From a virus: DNA of 64,000 nucleotides. The position numbers and the translations under genes were made by a program. The notes under the pieces are model-generated. The model worked only from the letters and a program-made list of their open reading frames with translations, made no database searches and was not told the origin of the DNA. Location of the stretch: IMG/VR virus record IMGVR_UViG_3300006155_000004; one strand, written 5' to 3'. This document shows positions 26,981 through 35,686 of the stretch, one piece after another (the stretch's first letter is position 1; the number at the start of each line of letters is the position of its first letter).

Positions 26981-28171
26981 ATGGGAAAAGATTTGAAAGG
27001 AAAGGAGTTGGGTGTTGGGTTAATCCAACGCAAAGACGGGCTGTATCAGGCGAGATATTCTAACAGATGGGGAAAGAGAAAAACTATCTATGGGAAGAAT
27101 CTGCGAGAACTGAGAAAAGAGCTTGCGGAGGCTATTGCGGGAAACGAGAACTTTGCAAGCACAAAATACGAAATAACGCTTGATAAGTGGTTTGACAGAT
27201 GGATGGAGGTTTATAAAGAGAAAAGTATAAGACCAAACACCAAGAGAGAATATACGCACATATACAAGAAAAATATTTCTCCGTACATAGGAGAAAGAAA
27301 CATCAATTCTCTTGTCAAATCCGATATTCAAAGAATTATTGATAGGGCAAGTGACGACAGTTATGCTTATGAGCGGCAGAATAAAATCAAAGTGATTCTT
27401 CGAGATATGCTGCAGAGGGCAGTTGAAGATAATCTTGTTGTCAACAATCCCGTGAGCGGTATAAAACTTAGGGCAGATAAGGAAATCAAGGCAAAATCAT
27501 TGACAGTTGAAGAACAATCATTATTCTTTGATTATTGCCGCAACACATTTTATGATAACCTTTTCAACGTGGCGGTTAATACGGGATTACGGCCGGGCGA
27601 GCTATTTGCCTTGCAATTTTCGGACATAGATCTTGATAATGGGCTTATAGACGTAAACAAAACGCTTGTTTACCAAAAATATCTTGATGATGAATGTAAA
27701 ACGTTTCATGTCGAACCGCCAAAAACTAAGAAAAGCTACAGAAAAGTGCCAATCAACAGCGTTTGCAGAAAGTTTTTAGAAAGTCAATTAGAATTGAAAT
27801 CAGTCGTATCGCAGAAAAGACCAAAACAACAGAATGACTACGTATTTGTGACAAAGTTTAATACGCCTCTTAACTCTGTTATTTATTCGGATGCGATAAA
27901 AGCCGTAATTCGCCAGATAAACCTAGCAAGGCCGTTTGATAATCAGTTTGAGGTATTCAGCGGACATACATTCCGGCACACATTTGCTACTAGGTGCTTC
28001 GAGAGTGGGGTGGACGCAAAAGTGGTGCAAAGCTATCTTGGTCATGCAAGCCTTAAAATGACAATGGATTTATATACACATGTCACAGAGGAAAAATCAA
28101 TGAAAGACATAGAAAAAATTGTTCCGGGGATCGAAAACAAGGTCGTGAACATAAGGAGAAAAATGGCTTAA
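26981..28171 (+). CDS. int: tyrosine site-specific integrase
   Basis: In-frame ATG 26981 with AAAGGAG RBS; GLRPGEL (Arg), HTFRHTFAT (H-x-x-R), LGHASLKMTMDLYTH (His/Tyr). Confidence 0.9.
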   Translation: MGKDLKGKELGVGLIQRKDGLYQARYSNRWGKRKTIYGKNLRELRKELAEAIAGNENFASTKYEITLDKWFDRWMEVYKEKSIRPNTKREYTHIYKKNISPYIGERNINSLVKSDIQRIIDRASDDSYAYERQNKIKVILRDMLQRAVEDNLVVNNPVSGIKLRADKEIKAKSLTVEEQSLFFDYCRNTFYDNLFNVAVNTGLRPGELFALQFSDIDLDNGLIDVNKTLVYQKYLDDECKTFHVEPPKTKKSYRKVPINSVCRKFLESQLELKSVVSQKRPKQQNDYVFVTKFNTPLNSVIYSDAIKAVIRQINLARPFDNQFEVFSGHTFRHTFATRCFESGVDAKVVQSYLGHASLKMTMDLYTHVTEEKSMKDIEKIVPGIENKVVNIRRKMA

Positions 28172-28453
28172 ATGGTGTAGCGATGGTGTAGTGATGGTGT
28201 ATTCTTAAAAATAAATGTTATAAAATCAATGTTTTTAATAATTTTTGTAACATAAATGGTATAATTATTATGTATACCAGAGTACTCCGTATGAGCTGTA
28301 GGAATATTTATGAAATAGCGGTTTTATGCGGGTTTTCAATGCGTTTTCATTTTTACGAAACCTCACATAATTTAACAATTATTCACGGAAAAACGGTGTA
28401 TTAATGGTGTAAATGGTGTAGTAAATGGTGCAGTAAATTTTAAAAATGGTGTA
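28172..28453 (+). repeat. attP-like field: 6 exact and 3 variant direct copies of ATGGTGTA in two clusters flanking about 190 bp
   Basis: Exact copies start at 28172, 28183, 28194, 28404, 28413, 28446; variants at 28256, 28393, 28425; all in the same orientation, directly after the int stop. Confidence 0.6.
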
Positions 28454-28484
28454 GCAGAAAAAGGAAAGGGCCTTGATATTTTTC

Positions 28485-28513
28485 TTGACCATTGTCAGTA
28501 TTAGACATATAAT
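28485..28513 (+). promoter_or_regulatory. sigma-70-type promoter
   Basis: TTGACC, 17-nt spacer, TATAAT, about 28 nt before ATG 28541. Confidence 0.55.
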
Positions 28514-28540
28514 GTGATTATATTAAGAAAGGGGGTATTT

Positions 28541-28972
28541 ATGTCTGATAATATTGATTTAGAAACAGATTCAGAAAATACTGTTGTCGAAGAAGAAGCC
28601 CAGGGAATCGCGATGGAGCTGCTGCACGATTTGAAGGAGCATAACCGGAGGATGGACGATCATAACAAGAGGCTCGTTTCCGCTCTTAAAATGTCTGCGA
28701 TATCTTTCGGAGCGACTGTAATCATTGTGGTCGGGATGTTTTTCTTTGGCATGCTGTTTTTCTTAAATCAGTACGAGTTTGAGAACTATTCACAGGATGG
28801 TGGCGGTTACAATAATATTAACACTGGGGAACAGGGGGATTTGTACAACGGGGCAGAAATATCAGAGGATGAAAAAGAAGAACGGCAAAGCGAAAGGAAT
28901 GATTCACAAGAAGCCGTCCAATGGCCGGAACAAGAATCGGAGCCGGAGAACAAAGAAAAGGATAATAATTAA
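28541..28972 (+). CDS. membrane protein with acidic termini
   Basis: In-frame ATG 28541; central hydrophobic helices; D/E-rich tails. Confidence 0.6.
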   Translation: MSDNIDLETDSENTVVEEEAQGIAMELLHDLKEHNRRMDDHNKRLVSALKMSAISFGATVIIVVGMFFFGMLFFLNQYEFENYSQDGGGYNNINTGEQGDLYNGAEISEDEKEERQSERNDSQEAVQWPEQESEPENKEKDNN

Positions 28973-29031
28973 ATTTAGGAAAAAATAAAGGATTTTGTCA
29001 ATAAAAGCTTTGTAATATTTGGTTTAAAGGG

Positions 29032-29250
29032 GTGGTATCTACGTTGAAAGTGCCCGATTTTACATTGCCAGAATTGGAATACATAAAGAAAAACGGAAAT
29101 CTAACGCCGAGAGAGGCGGAGGTACTTGAATTGAGAAATCAAGAATACCCTCCGACCATAGAGAGCATTGCTGAAACGTGGGGGTGCAGTCCGTCTACAG
29201 TCAGTAAAACCATAGGAAGTCTAAAGAAAAAGATAATAAGGCTTTTGTAA
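29032..29250 (+). CDS. small sigma-70 region-4/LuxR-like HTH protein
   Basis: LTPREAEVLELR...SIAETWGCSPSTVSKTIGSLKKKI; paralog of 60817..61047. Confidence 0.55.
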   Translation: MVSTLKVPDFTLPELEYIKKNGNLTPREAEVLELRNQEYPPTIESIAETWGCSPSTVSKTIGSLKKKIIRLL

Positions 29251-29342
29251 TGGTTTAAACAATATTACAATTTCACTACAAGAACATGCTATTGAGTATG
29301 TTCTTTTTTGTTTGTAAAATAAAATTCATAGGAGGTATTTCT

Positions 29343-29549
29343 ATGAATTTAAGTTTTTTATCAAAAGAACAGTCGGAAGAATATAAAAACAAGATGAACT
29401 TGACGGAAGATGAAGATCAGATTTTTGATATGTTAACAAAGAATTATTCTGTTGTCAAGATTTCAGATATTATGCAAATGTCAACTCGGACGGTCGACAG
29501 AAGAATTAAAAATATCAAATCGAAAATGAAAAATCTAAATCTGGTTTAA
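29343..29549 (+). CDS. small sigma-70 region-4-like HTH protein
   Basis: In-frame ATG 29343 with TAGGAGG RBS; LTEDEDQIFDML...ISDIMQMSTRTVDRRIKNIKSKM. Confidence 0.55.
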   Translation: MNLSFLSKEQSEEYKNKMNLTEDEDQIFDMLTKNYSVVKISDIMQMSTRTVDRRIKNIKSKMKNLNLV

Positions 29550-29725
29550 TGGCCGGATTTTTCTATGCAGTCTATTAGGTAGCTATTCAAACTATTAAAT
29601 CCTTTTTCTTTTGCTAATTTCCCCCATTCCTCTTTTTTCCCCTTTTTTGCCATTATCGTTATCCTATCATAATTTTTCTCATTCCAACGGTTTTTAACTT
29701 CCGATGATGTTTTTGTTTTTACCAT
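29546..29725 (-). CDS. ribbon-helix-helix (Arc/CopG-like) protein
   Basis: ATG at 29725 with GGAGG RBS; KNYDRITIMAKKG beta-strand then two helices; paralog of the N-terminus of 41875.. Confidence 0.6.
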   Translation of the reverse strand: MVKTKTSSEVKNRWNEKNYDRITIMAKKGKKEEWGKLAKEKGFNSLNSYLIDCIEKSGH

Positions 29726-29773
29726 GACGAAACCTCCATTTTTAATAAACAGTATAATACTTTTGCAAGTATG

Positions 29774-29802
29774 TTGCAATACTTTATAAAGTATGCTATA
29801 AT
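29774..29802 (+). promoter_or_regulatory. sigma-70-type promoter with overlapping palindromes
   Basis: TTGCAA, 17-nt spacer, TATAAT; AGTATGTTGCAATACT palindrome in the divergent region. Confidence 0.5.
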
Positions 29803-29825
29803 GAAAATAAATGGAGGTGTTGAAA

Positions 29826-30800
29826 ATGGCAGATTTAAATTGCTTGTGGGGAATATACTACGATATGATAAAAAGATGTTATGATAAAAATTATTTTTTA
29901 TACAAAAGTTATGGAGAAATCGGAGTAACCGTTTGCCCTGAATGGTTAAATAATAGAAGTAGTTTTAACGAATGGGCAAATTTGAAAAATTACAAAAAGG
30001 GAATGCGCTTAAAATTGCGTGAAAAAGAAGTTGGATATTTTCCGAGTAATTGCTATTTTAGTAACAAAAGAGAAAGAAAGTTAAAAGAAAATAAACAAAA
30101 AGAAGGCAGTAAAACATACAGAAGTGATAAATTCAAAAGTATTTTAGGCGTTGAAAAATATATAGATAGTCCTATATACATATCTTATTATGCAATGATT
30201 GATAGATGTTGTAATCCGAAGAACAAGTCCTATAAATGGTATGGCGCAAAAGGCATAAAAGTATGTGATGAATGGACAGAAGATATAATCGGATTTGAAA
30301 GATTTTCTGTTTGGTCTTTAGGGAATGGGTGGAGAAAAGGTCTTACAATAGACAGAATAAATGCGGATAAAGATTATTGCCCAGAAAATTGTAGGTGGAT
30401 AACTATACAAGAACAGCAGATAAACAAATCAAATTCTTTAAATTTTATGTATAGTGGTCAGATTAGAAATTTATCGGAAATAGCGAAAGAAAATAATTTG
30501 TGTTATTCAAATTTGTATAGGAAAATAATGTATGATAATTATTCTGTTGAAGATGCGATAAATTATTTAAAAAGAAGAAGAAAAGGAAAGAAAAATAGCA
30601 TGTACCATTCAAAACAAGTTGCGCAAATAGATAGTAATGGAGAAATAGCAAAAGTTTTTCCAAGCGCAAAATCAGCGGCTGATTCCTACGGAAAATCTTC
30701 TGGAAGCTTAACAAAGGCTTGTAGAAACGGGACAACATGGTTGGGGAAAAGATGGAAATATATAACCGAAGATGAATATGACGAATTTTTAAAAAAGTAG
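29826..30800 (+). CDS. HNH_3-like / NUMOD-like DNA-binding protein (His replaced by Arg in the HNH core)
   Basis: Two Y-x-x-M-x-x-RC...YG-x-x-GI-x-VC-x-EW modules, LTIDRINADKDYCPENCRWIT, C-terminal V-x-Q-I-D-x-x-G...F-x-S-x-x-x-A module. Confidence 0.55.
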   Translation: MADLNCLWGIYYDMIKRCYDKNYFLYKSYGEIGVTVCPEWLNNRSSFNEWANLKNYKKGMRLKLREKEVGYFPSNCYFSNKRERKLKENKQKEGSKTYRSDKFKSILGVEKYIDSPIYISYYAMIDRCCNPKNKSYKWYGAKGIKVCDEWTEDIIGFERFSVWSLGNGWRKGLTIDRINADKDYCPENCRWITIQEQQINKSNSLNFMYSGQIRNLSEIAKENNLCYSNLYRKIMYDNYSVEDAINYLKRRRKGKKNSMYHSKQVAQIDSNGEIAKVFPSAKSAADSYGKSSGSLTKACRNGTTWLGKRWKYITEDEYDEFLKK

Positions 30801-30873
30801 CTTTTAAAAGAGGCGTAAACTTGTCGTTTTCGTCTCTTTTTTATATGGTAAAACAATTACAGGAGATGATTTT

Positions 30874-31104
30874 ATGTTCAATGATGACCTTTTGTGCAAA
30901 ATCTTCGCGCATGAGGAAATGCAAAAAATTCCTATAGGGACACAAGCAACAGCTGTCCATGTGTTTGAAGAAATCTTAGAAGATATATTGGAGGAAAATC
31001 CATATGAGCAATTATCCGGCTTACTCGTACCAGCAACCCCAGATGATGGGGTATCAGCAGAATTTCAATCAGACTATGCAGATGCAGAACCCCTATATGG
31101 ATAG
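30874..31104 (+). CDS. possible acidic small protein
   Basis: ORF track; AGGAG RBS; the last 100 nt overlap the better-supported 31004 gene. Confidence 0.35.
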   Translation: MFNDDLLCKIFAHEEMQKIPIGTQATAVHVFEEILEDILEENPYEQLSGLLVPATPDDGVSAEFQSDYADAEPLYG

Positions 31105-31528
31105 GTCTGTGCAGATGCAGCAATATCAGCAGGGGCAGCAGGTGCTACCAACACAAATGCAGGGAGCATATCAGCAGCCCGGACTTATCGGGAAAATGGT
31201 GAATGACGTGTCTATGGTTTCCCCAAACGATGTACCTATGGATGGAAACATTGCCATTTTCCCAAAGGGAGACATGTCTGAAATCTACTGTAAGCAGTGG
31301 AAGCAGGACGGGACCATTCAGACAGTCGTTTATAAGCCTGTTTTAGAACAGAATCAGACAGAGGCTACAAATACACCGCAGATGGATTTTAGCGCCTTAA
31401 ATGAGGACGTTAGGGCGCTTAGGGAAGATATAAAAGGTGTTCGGGATATGATTGAAAAATCTATGGCGGTTCCGGCAACTAAAACATCCCAGAGAGGGAA
31501 GAAAGCGGAGGTAAGTGCTGATGAATAG
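31004..31528 (+). CDS. Q/M-rich low-complexity protein
   Basis: ORF track; GGAGGA RBS; N-terminal 60 aa dominated by Q, M, Y, P. Confidence 0.6.
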   Translation: MSNYPAYSYQQPQMMGYQQNFNQTMQMQNPYMDRSVQMQQYQQGQQVLPTQMQGAYQQPGLIGKMVNDVSMVSPNDVPMDGNIAIFPKGDMSEIYCKQWKQDGTIQTVVYKPVLEQNQTEATNTPQMDFSALNEDVRALREDIKGVRDMIEKSMAVPATKTSQRGKKAEVSADE

Positions 31529-31799
31529 ACAAATGCAGATACAGCAGATGATGGGAAATCCACAGTTTCAACAGCAGTACCAACAGAGATTAAGAGTGAT
31601 GAACCCAGCACAGATTTTAGACCAGATAGCAAACAACCCCAAAATGATGGAAAATCCAATGGTGAAAAACATCATGGAAATGCGGAATAACCACGACACC
31701 GAGGGGCTGACCGGAATGGCAGAAAATATGTTCCGCGAAAACGGGAGAGATTATGGAGAGTTTGAAAGCGGATTGAAACAGCAGTTAGGGTTTAAATGA
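31521..31799 (+). CDS. Q/M-rich small protein
   Basis: ATG 31521, 9 nt after GGAGG (ORF-track GTG 31515 is an alternative). Confidence 0.55.
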   Translation: MNRQMQIQQMMGNPQFQQQYQQRLRVMNPAQILDQIANNPKMMENPMVKNIMEMRNNHDTEGLTGMAENMFRENGRDYGEFESGLKQQLGFK

Positions 31800-31956
31800 A
31801 CGGACCCAAGCAGTGTGTTTTAATGTATAAAATTCAGAAAATCCTTGAATTTATAAGGTTTTTCTGGCGGACCACACAAAGTACATATTAGGGTTTGGCG
31901 CGCAGATAAAAACCGGTTCCCTATTTGTAAATACACTTCAAATAGGAGGCACTAAT

Positions 31957-32889
31957 ATGTTTAATTCAAACAATTCAACACCATTTACGATGCCGGTACA
32001 ACCTGCCGGATATGGAAACGGCGGTGGCTTTGGTGGCTGGGGAGATGACTGGATTGCCCTGATTGTACTGGCTATGGTATTCGGCTATGGAAACTTCGGT
32101 TTCGGCGGCATGGGCGGCATGGGTGGCATGGGAATGTTCTGGCCGTTTATGATGGGCGGTTTTGGAGGATTCGGCGGTAACGGCTGCGGATGCGGCGGAA
32201 CGAATGCCATCGATGCATCCATCCAGCGCGGATTTGATACCCAGTCCATAATCGGAAAGTTAGACGGTATCAACAACGGCTTATGTGACGGCTTCTATGC
32301 AGTCAACACGTCCATTCTGAACTCACAAAGCGGCATCCAGAACAGTTTGTGTCAGGGCTTTAACGGCGTGAACACAAATATCATGCAGGGCAACTTTGGT
32401 TTGCAACAGGCTATCAACGGTGCTTCTGTGGCTAATATGCAGGGACAGAACGCTTTGCAGAGCCAGTTAGCAAGCTGCTGCTGCGAAACGCAGAGAGCAA
32501 TTGACGGTGTAAACTATAACATGGCGACCAATACCTGTGCTATTACCAATCAGATGAACAACAACACCAGAGACATTATCGAGAGCAACAATGCTGGTAC
32601 AAGAGCAATCCTTGACTACCTGTGCCAGAAAGAAAATGCAGACCTTCGGGCAGAAAACCAGAGCCTTAGACTGGAGAAGAGCCAGACGGCACAGAACGCA
32701 TTTATTGCAGCAAACCAGAGCGCACAGACAGCCGAACTCATTAGGCGATTGGGGGCTGATTGCCCGGTTAATGCCGTGGTGGTTCAGCCGAACACGCCTG
32801 TTACTTTCCCGACAAACTGCTGCGGTGGTGTAAACTACGCAGGATATGGCAATAACGGCGGGTGCGGCTGCAATAGTGGCTGCTGCTAA
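31957..32889 (+). CDS. Gly-rich membrane-associated protein with Cys/Asn/Gln-rich repeat body and GC-CxC tail
   Basis: ORF track; TAGGAGG RBS; G/F/M N-terminus resembling YjcZ-like peptides; repeated LC(D/Q)GF-x-x-VNT-x-I; ends GGCGCNSGCC. Confidence 0.65.
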   Translation: MFNSNNSTPFTMPVQPAGYGNGGGFGGWGDDWIALIVLAMVFGYGNFGFGGMGGMGGMGMFWPFMMGGFGGFGGNGCGCGGTNAIDASIQRGFDTQSIIGKLDGINNGLCDGFYAVNTSILNSQSGIQNSLCQGFNGVNTNIMQGNFGLQQAINGASVANMQGQNALQSQLASCCCETQRAIDGVNYNMATNTCAITNQMNNNTRDIIESNNAGTRAILDYLCQKENADLRAENQSLRLEKSQTAQNAFIAANQSAQTAELIRRLGADCPVNAVVVQPNTPVTFPTNCCGGVNYAGYGNNGGCGCNSGCC

Positions 32890-33024
32890 TGGATGCGAAA
32901 GAAACTGATACTCTCGCCATTCTTGACGAGATTATCAGAAATCAGGAAGAAATACTAAGAAAACTCGCCAACATAAGTTAGGCTGATTATTCCCCACAAC
33001 AAAGGTGGGTTGATTATAAGCTAA

Positions 33025-33054
33025 GGGGCGAGATGTAACAGTCTTGTCCCTTTT
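33025..33054 (+). terminator. intrinsic terminator
   Basis: GGGGCGAGA / TCTTGTCCC stem (with G-U pairs) followed by TTTT. Confidence 0.55.
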
Positions 33055-33077
33055 GCGTTGTACATTGACAACTGAAT

Positions 33078-33097
33078 ATGGCTAACAGTTTGTATGC
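33078..33097. repeat. 20-bp perfect inverted repeat, left copy
   Basis: ATGGCTAACAGTTTGTATGC is the exact reverse complement of 33754-33773. Confidence 0.9.
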
Positions 33098-33104
33098 TTT
33101 ATGC

Positions 33105-33132
33105 TTGCAATTTTCTCTGTTTGTGATATAAT
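33105..33132 (+). promoter_or_regulatory. sigma-70-type promoter
   Basis: TTGCAA, 16-nt spacer, TATAAT upstream of ATG 33167. Confidence 0.5.
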
Positions 33133-33166
33133 AAATGTGACACATAAATTCATAGGAGTGTTGCGA

Positions 33167-33736
33167 ATGGCAGGTAGACCAAAGAAAACAGACGACGAAA
33201 AACGGACAAACTTTATAAATGTCCGCTTGAATAATTCGGAGAAAGAAAAACTTGAATTTCTATCGGAAAAGCAAGGAATTTCAAAACATCAAGTTATCAG
33301 AAACGGGATTGAATTGCAGTATAAGGAGGAAAAAATGAATAGGAAAATTAAGTTTAGGGCGTGGTGTGAAACATATACTGGAACAAGCGGCATAAAGAAG
33401 TTTATGGAAAACTGTTTTAAGCAAATCAAATTAGAATCTACAAGCATCAATCCGCAAGGTAGTTTTATAGGAAAACAAGGAACTTGGAGCGGATTGCACG
33501 AAAGCGTATTTATGCAATACATAGGGATTGAAGATAAAAACAAAAAGGAAATATATGAGAGCGATGTAGTAAAAATAGATGGAAAACGAGAACTTTTTAC
33601 CGTTGTTTGGGTGTGTGATACCGCAAGGTTTGGATTGCAAAGCAAGGGAGAACTTCTTTATTTTGAGTTGGGAATTGGAAGCAGGATTGAAGTTGTAGGA
33701 AATAAATACGAAAATCCAGAACTTTTGCAAAACTAA
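33167..33736 (+). CDS. RHH-like N-terminal domain fused in frame to a YopX domain
   Basis: ATG 33167 (AGGAG RBS): MAGRPKKTDDEKRTNFINVRL...; internal ATG 33335 has its own AAGGAGG RBS and starts the YopX part (...VVGNKYENPELL); no stop between them. Confidence 0.6.
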   Translation: MAGRPKKTDDEKRTNFINVRLNNSEKEKLEFLSEKQGISKHQVIRNGIELQYKEEKMNRKIKFRAWCETYTGTSGIKKFMENCFKQIKLESTSINPQGSFIGKQGTWSGLHESVFMQYIGIEDKNKKEIYESDVVKIDGKRELFTVVWVCDTARFGLQSKGELLYFELGIGSRIEVVGNKYENPELLQN

Positions 33737-33753
33737 ATCATTTATCAAATAGA

Positions 33754-33773
33754 GCATACAAACTGTTAGCCAT
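33754..33773. repeat. 20-bp perfect inverted repeat, right copy
   Basis: GCATACAAACTGTTAGCCAT. Confidence 0.9.
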
Positions 33774-33796
33774 AGGAGGCTAGCAGTTTTTTATTT
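33760..33796 (+). terminator. intrinsic terminator
   Basis: AAACTGTTAGCC / GGCTAGCAGTTT stem (one mismatch) followed by TTTTTATTT; the 5' arm is part of the right inverted-repeat copy. Confidence 0.6.
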
Positions 33797-33818
33797 GGAG
33801 AAATGGAGGTTAAAATAT

Positions 33819-34232
33819 ATGGCATGTAAAAATGTATGCAGGCTGTGCGACAGACTGATTTTGAGCCAGTCAATTACGTTTACTGGCGGCAATCTGGTTA
33901 TCAATCTGCCCGCCGGAAGTTACAACAATAACTGCAAATACTGCATTGTCTTAGCACAGGCAATCCCGACAACTACGACAATCGGCGCACCTGTGGTATT
34001 CACAATCGGAACAGGAACACAGCTTTATCCTCTTGCGAACAGATGTTGCAGACCTGTTACGGCGTGTGGCGTGCGTACCCGCACAAAATATTCTGTATGC
34101 GTGGAGACGACGGAGACAGGGGCGACATTCAAAATGCTTGGAAATCCGGCGTGTCAGCCGAACAACAACCTGCGGGCAGTTAATGGTACTGCACCCGTGT
34201 CAGAACCGGCAACACCAGAGGCAGGAGCATAG
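33819..34232 (+). CDS. Cys-rich protein of unknown function
   Basis: In-frame ATG 33819 with TGGAGG RBS; 12 Cys, T/G/N-rich. Confidence 0.6.
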   Translation: MACKNVCRLCDRLILSQSITFTGGNLVINLPAGSYNNNCKYCIVLAQAIPTTTTIGAPVVFTIGTGTQLYPLANRCCRPVTACGVRTRTKYSVCVETTETGATFKMLGNPACQPNNNLRAVNGTAPVSEPATPEAGA

Positions 34233-34248
34233 AGAGGAGGTAAAAAGT

Positions 34249-35097
34249 ATGCATATCAAGAGAATCCATGAAATGGAAGAAAAGTTGACAGAAATCGCCC
34301 TTTGCGAGATTAACAAGGGCATTGAATGTGTCAATACCGCCGAAATGGGCGCAGTTATCGACATGATAAAAGATTTGGCTTGTGCCGAAAAAGAGGCAAG
34401 AGAAGCCAAAGAAATGGAAAAAGAAGAGGAAGGTGAAAAGAAAGAAAACGAATACTTTCTGAAAAAGCTGAAAGAAGAATACGGAGAAGAAGAGGGAGAA
34501 AAGAGGTTTTACAGCGGACAGCCTAGAAGCCGCACGTCTGGTCGGTTTATGAGGCGCGGAGACGGGCGTAGGAGAGGATATGAGGAGCCACCTTATTATC
34601 ACACCATGCCAGATTACAGAATGGATTTGGCAGATTACAAAGGAAAGACAGCCGAGGAACTTAGGGACTTAGATAGAGCTTCAGGGCGATTATATTTTTC
34701 TGAACCTATGGGCGTCAATATGAGCGGTGGAAATTCTTCTGTCAGTAACACAAGCTCGGAAAATAGCGGCGGAAATACGAGGTCATATACAGAGGGTTTT
34801 GAGGATGGACAGACCAGGGGATATTCCGAAGGATATGAACGAGGAAGAAATGACGGAAGAAACTCGCAAAGCAGAGATAGGCGTGAGGGGCGTTCAGGGC
34901 AGTCCAGACGCGGATATATGGAAACTAAAGAAGCACGCAAAGAAAATACACCAGAAAACAAGCAGTACCGAATGAAAGAATTGGAAACATACGCAAAGGA
35001 ATTGACCGAAGACGTAGTTGACATGATTGCAGACGCTACGCCGGAGGAGCGTTCTCTTATGAAGCAGAAAATGCAGGTGCTTTTGCAAAAACTGTAA
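34249..35097 (+). CDS. highly charged E/K/R/G/S-rich low-complexity protein
   Basis: In-frame ATG 34249 with GGAGG RBS inside ORF 34033..35097. Confidence 0.6.
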   Translation: MHIKRIHEMEEKLTEIALCEINKGIECVNTAEMGAVIDMIKDLACAEKEAREAKEMEKEEEGEKKENEYFLKKLKEEYGEEEGEKRFYSGQPRSRTSGRFMRRGDGRRRGYEEPPYYHTMPDYRMDLADYKGKTAEELRDLDRASGRLYFSEPMGVNMSGGNSSVSNTSSENSGGNTRSYTEGFEDGQTRGYSEGYERGRNDGRNSQSRDRREGRSGQSRRGYMETKEARKENTPENKQYRMKELETYAKELTEDVVDMIADATPEERSLMKQKMQVLLQKL

Positions 35098-35106
35098 AAT
35101 AAAGCC

Positions 35107-35148
35107 TTGACTTATGCCTAGATGTATGTTAAATTATATCTAGGCATA
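35107..35148 (+). promoter_or_regulatory. promoter with overlapping 11-bp palindrome (operator-like)
   Basis: TTGACT, 17-nt spacer, TAAATT; TATGCCTAGAT...ATCTAGGCATA arms at 35113-35123 / 35138-35148. Confidence 0.5.
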
Positions 35149-35165
35149 AAAGCGAGGTGGTGAAA

Positions 35166-35351
35166 ATGTCGCCTAGAACTGGCAGACCTATTATCGGGAG
35201 CGAGCCGAAAAATCAACAAATTGCATTGAGGGTAACAGCTACAACAAAGAGGAAATTTCAAGAGTGTTCTGAAATTACCGGAAAAACTCAAACAAATTTG
35301 CTTGAAGAAATGGTTGACGACTTGCACGATAGGTTGACGGAAAAAGAATAG
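35166..35351 (+). CDS. ribbon-helix-helix protein
   Basis: MSPRTGRP...QQIALRVTATTKRKFQE...; same architecture as 37882.. and 33167.. Confidence 0.6.
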   Translation: MSPRTGRPIIGSEPKNQQIALRVTATTKRKFQECSEITGKTQTNLLEEMVDDLHDRLTEKE

Positions 35352-35686
35352 AGCGTTACCGCCCTGAACAAGTGATAAACGCTCTACACCGAGGTTTCCC
35401 TCTGATAAATACAATCATATCACAGCGGAGACCTCTTTTCAAGATATTTTTACAAAAGATGAACCCACGCTCATGGGAGAAAGAGGTACATAATAAGAAG
35501 AAAAATAATGATAATGCTTTACGCGCTCTCTTCAATCATTGATGACATTGCATATTTCGTTGTCGGAAATTGCGAGGATTTTCAATGCGAGATTAAAACT
35601 CATTGGAGAGAACATTCTATCGGTTAGTATGTTTTCTGCTGATTTGGGGAGTGGCTACCGCTCCCTTTTGTGATATGGAGGTATTT

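Noticed and set aside
32889-32978. 29-codon ORF overlapping the stop of 31957..32889 (TAATG)
   Set aside because: Too short, and no RBS beyond the coupling. It cannot be supported from sequence alone.
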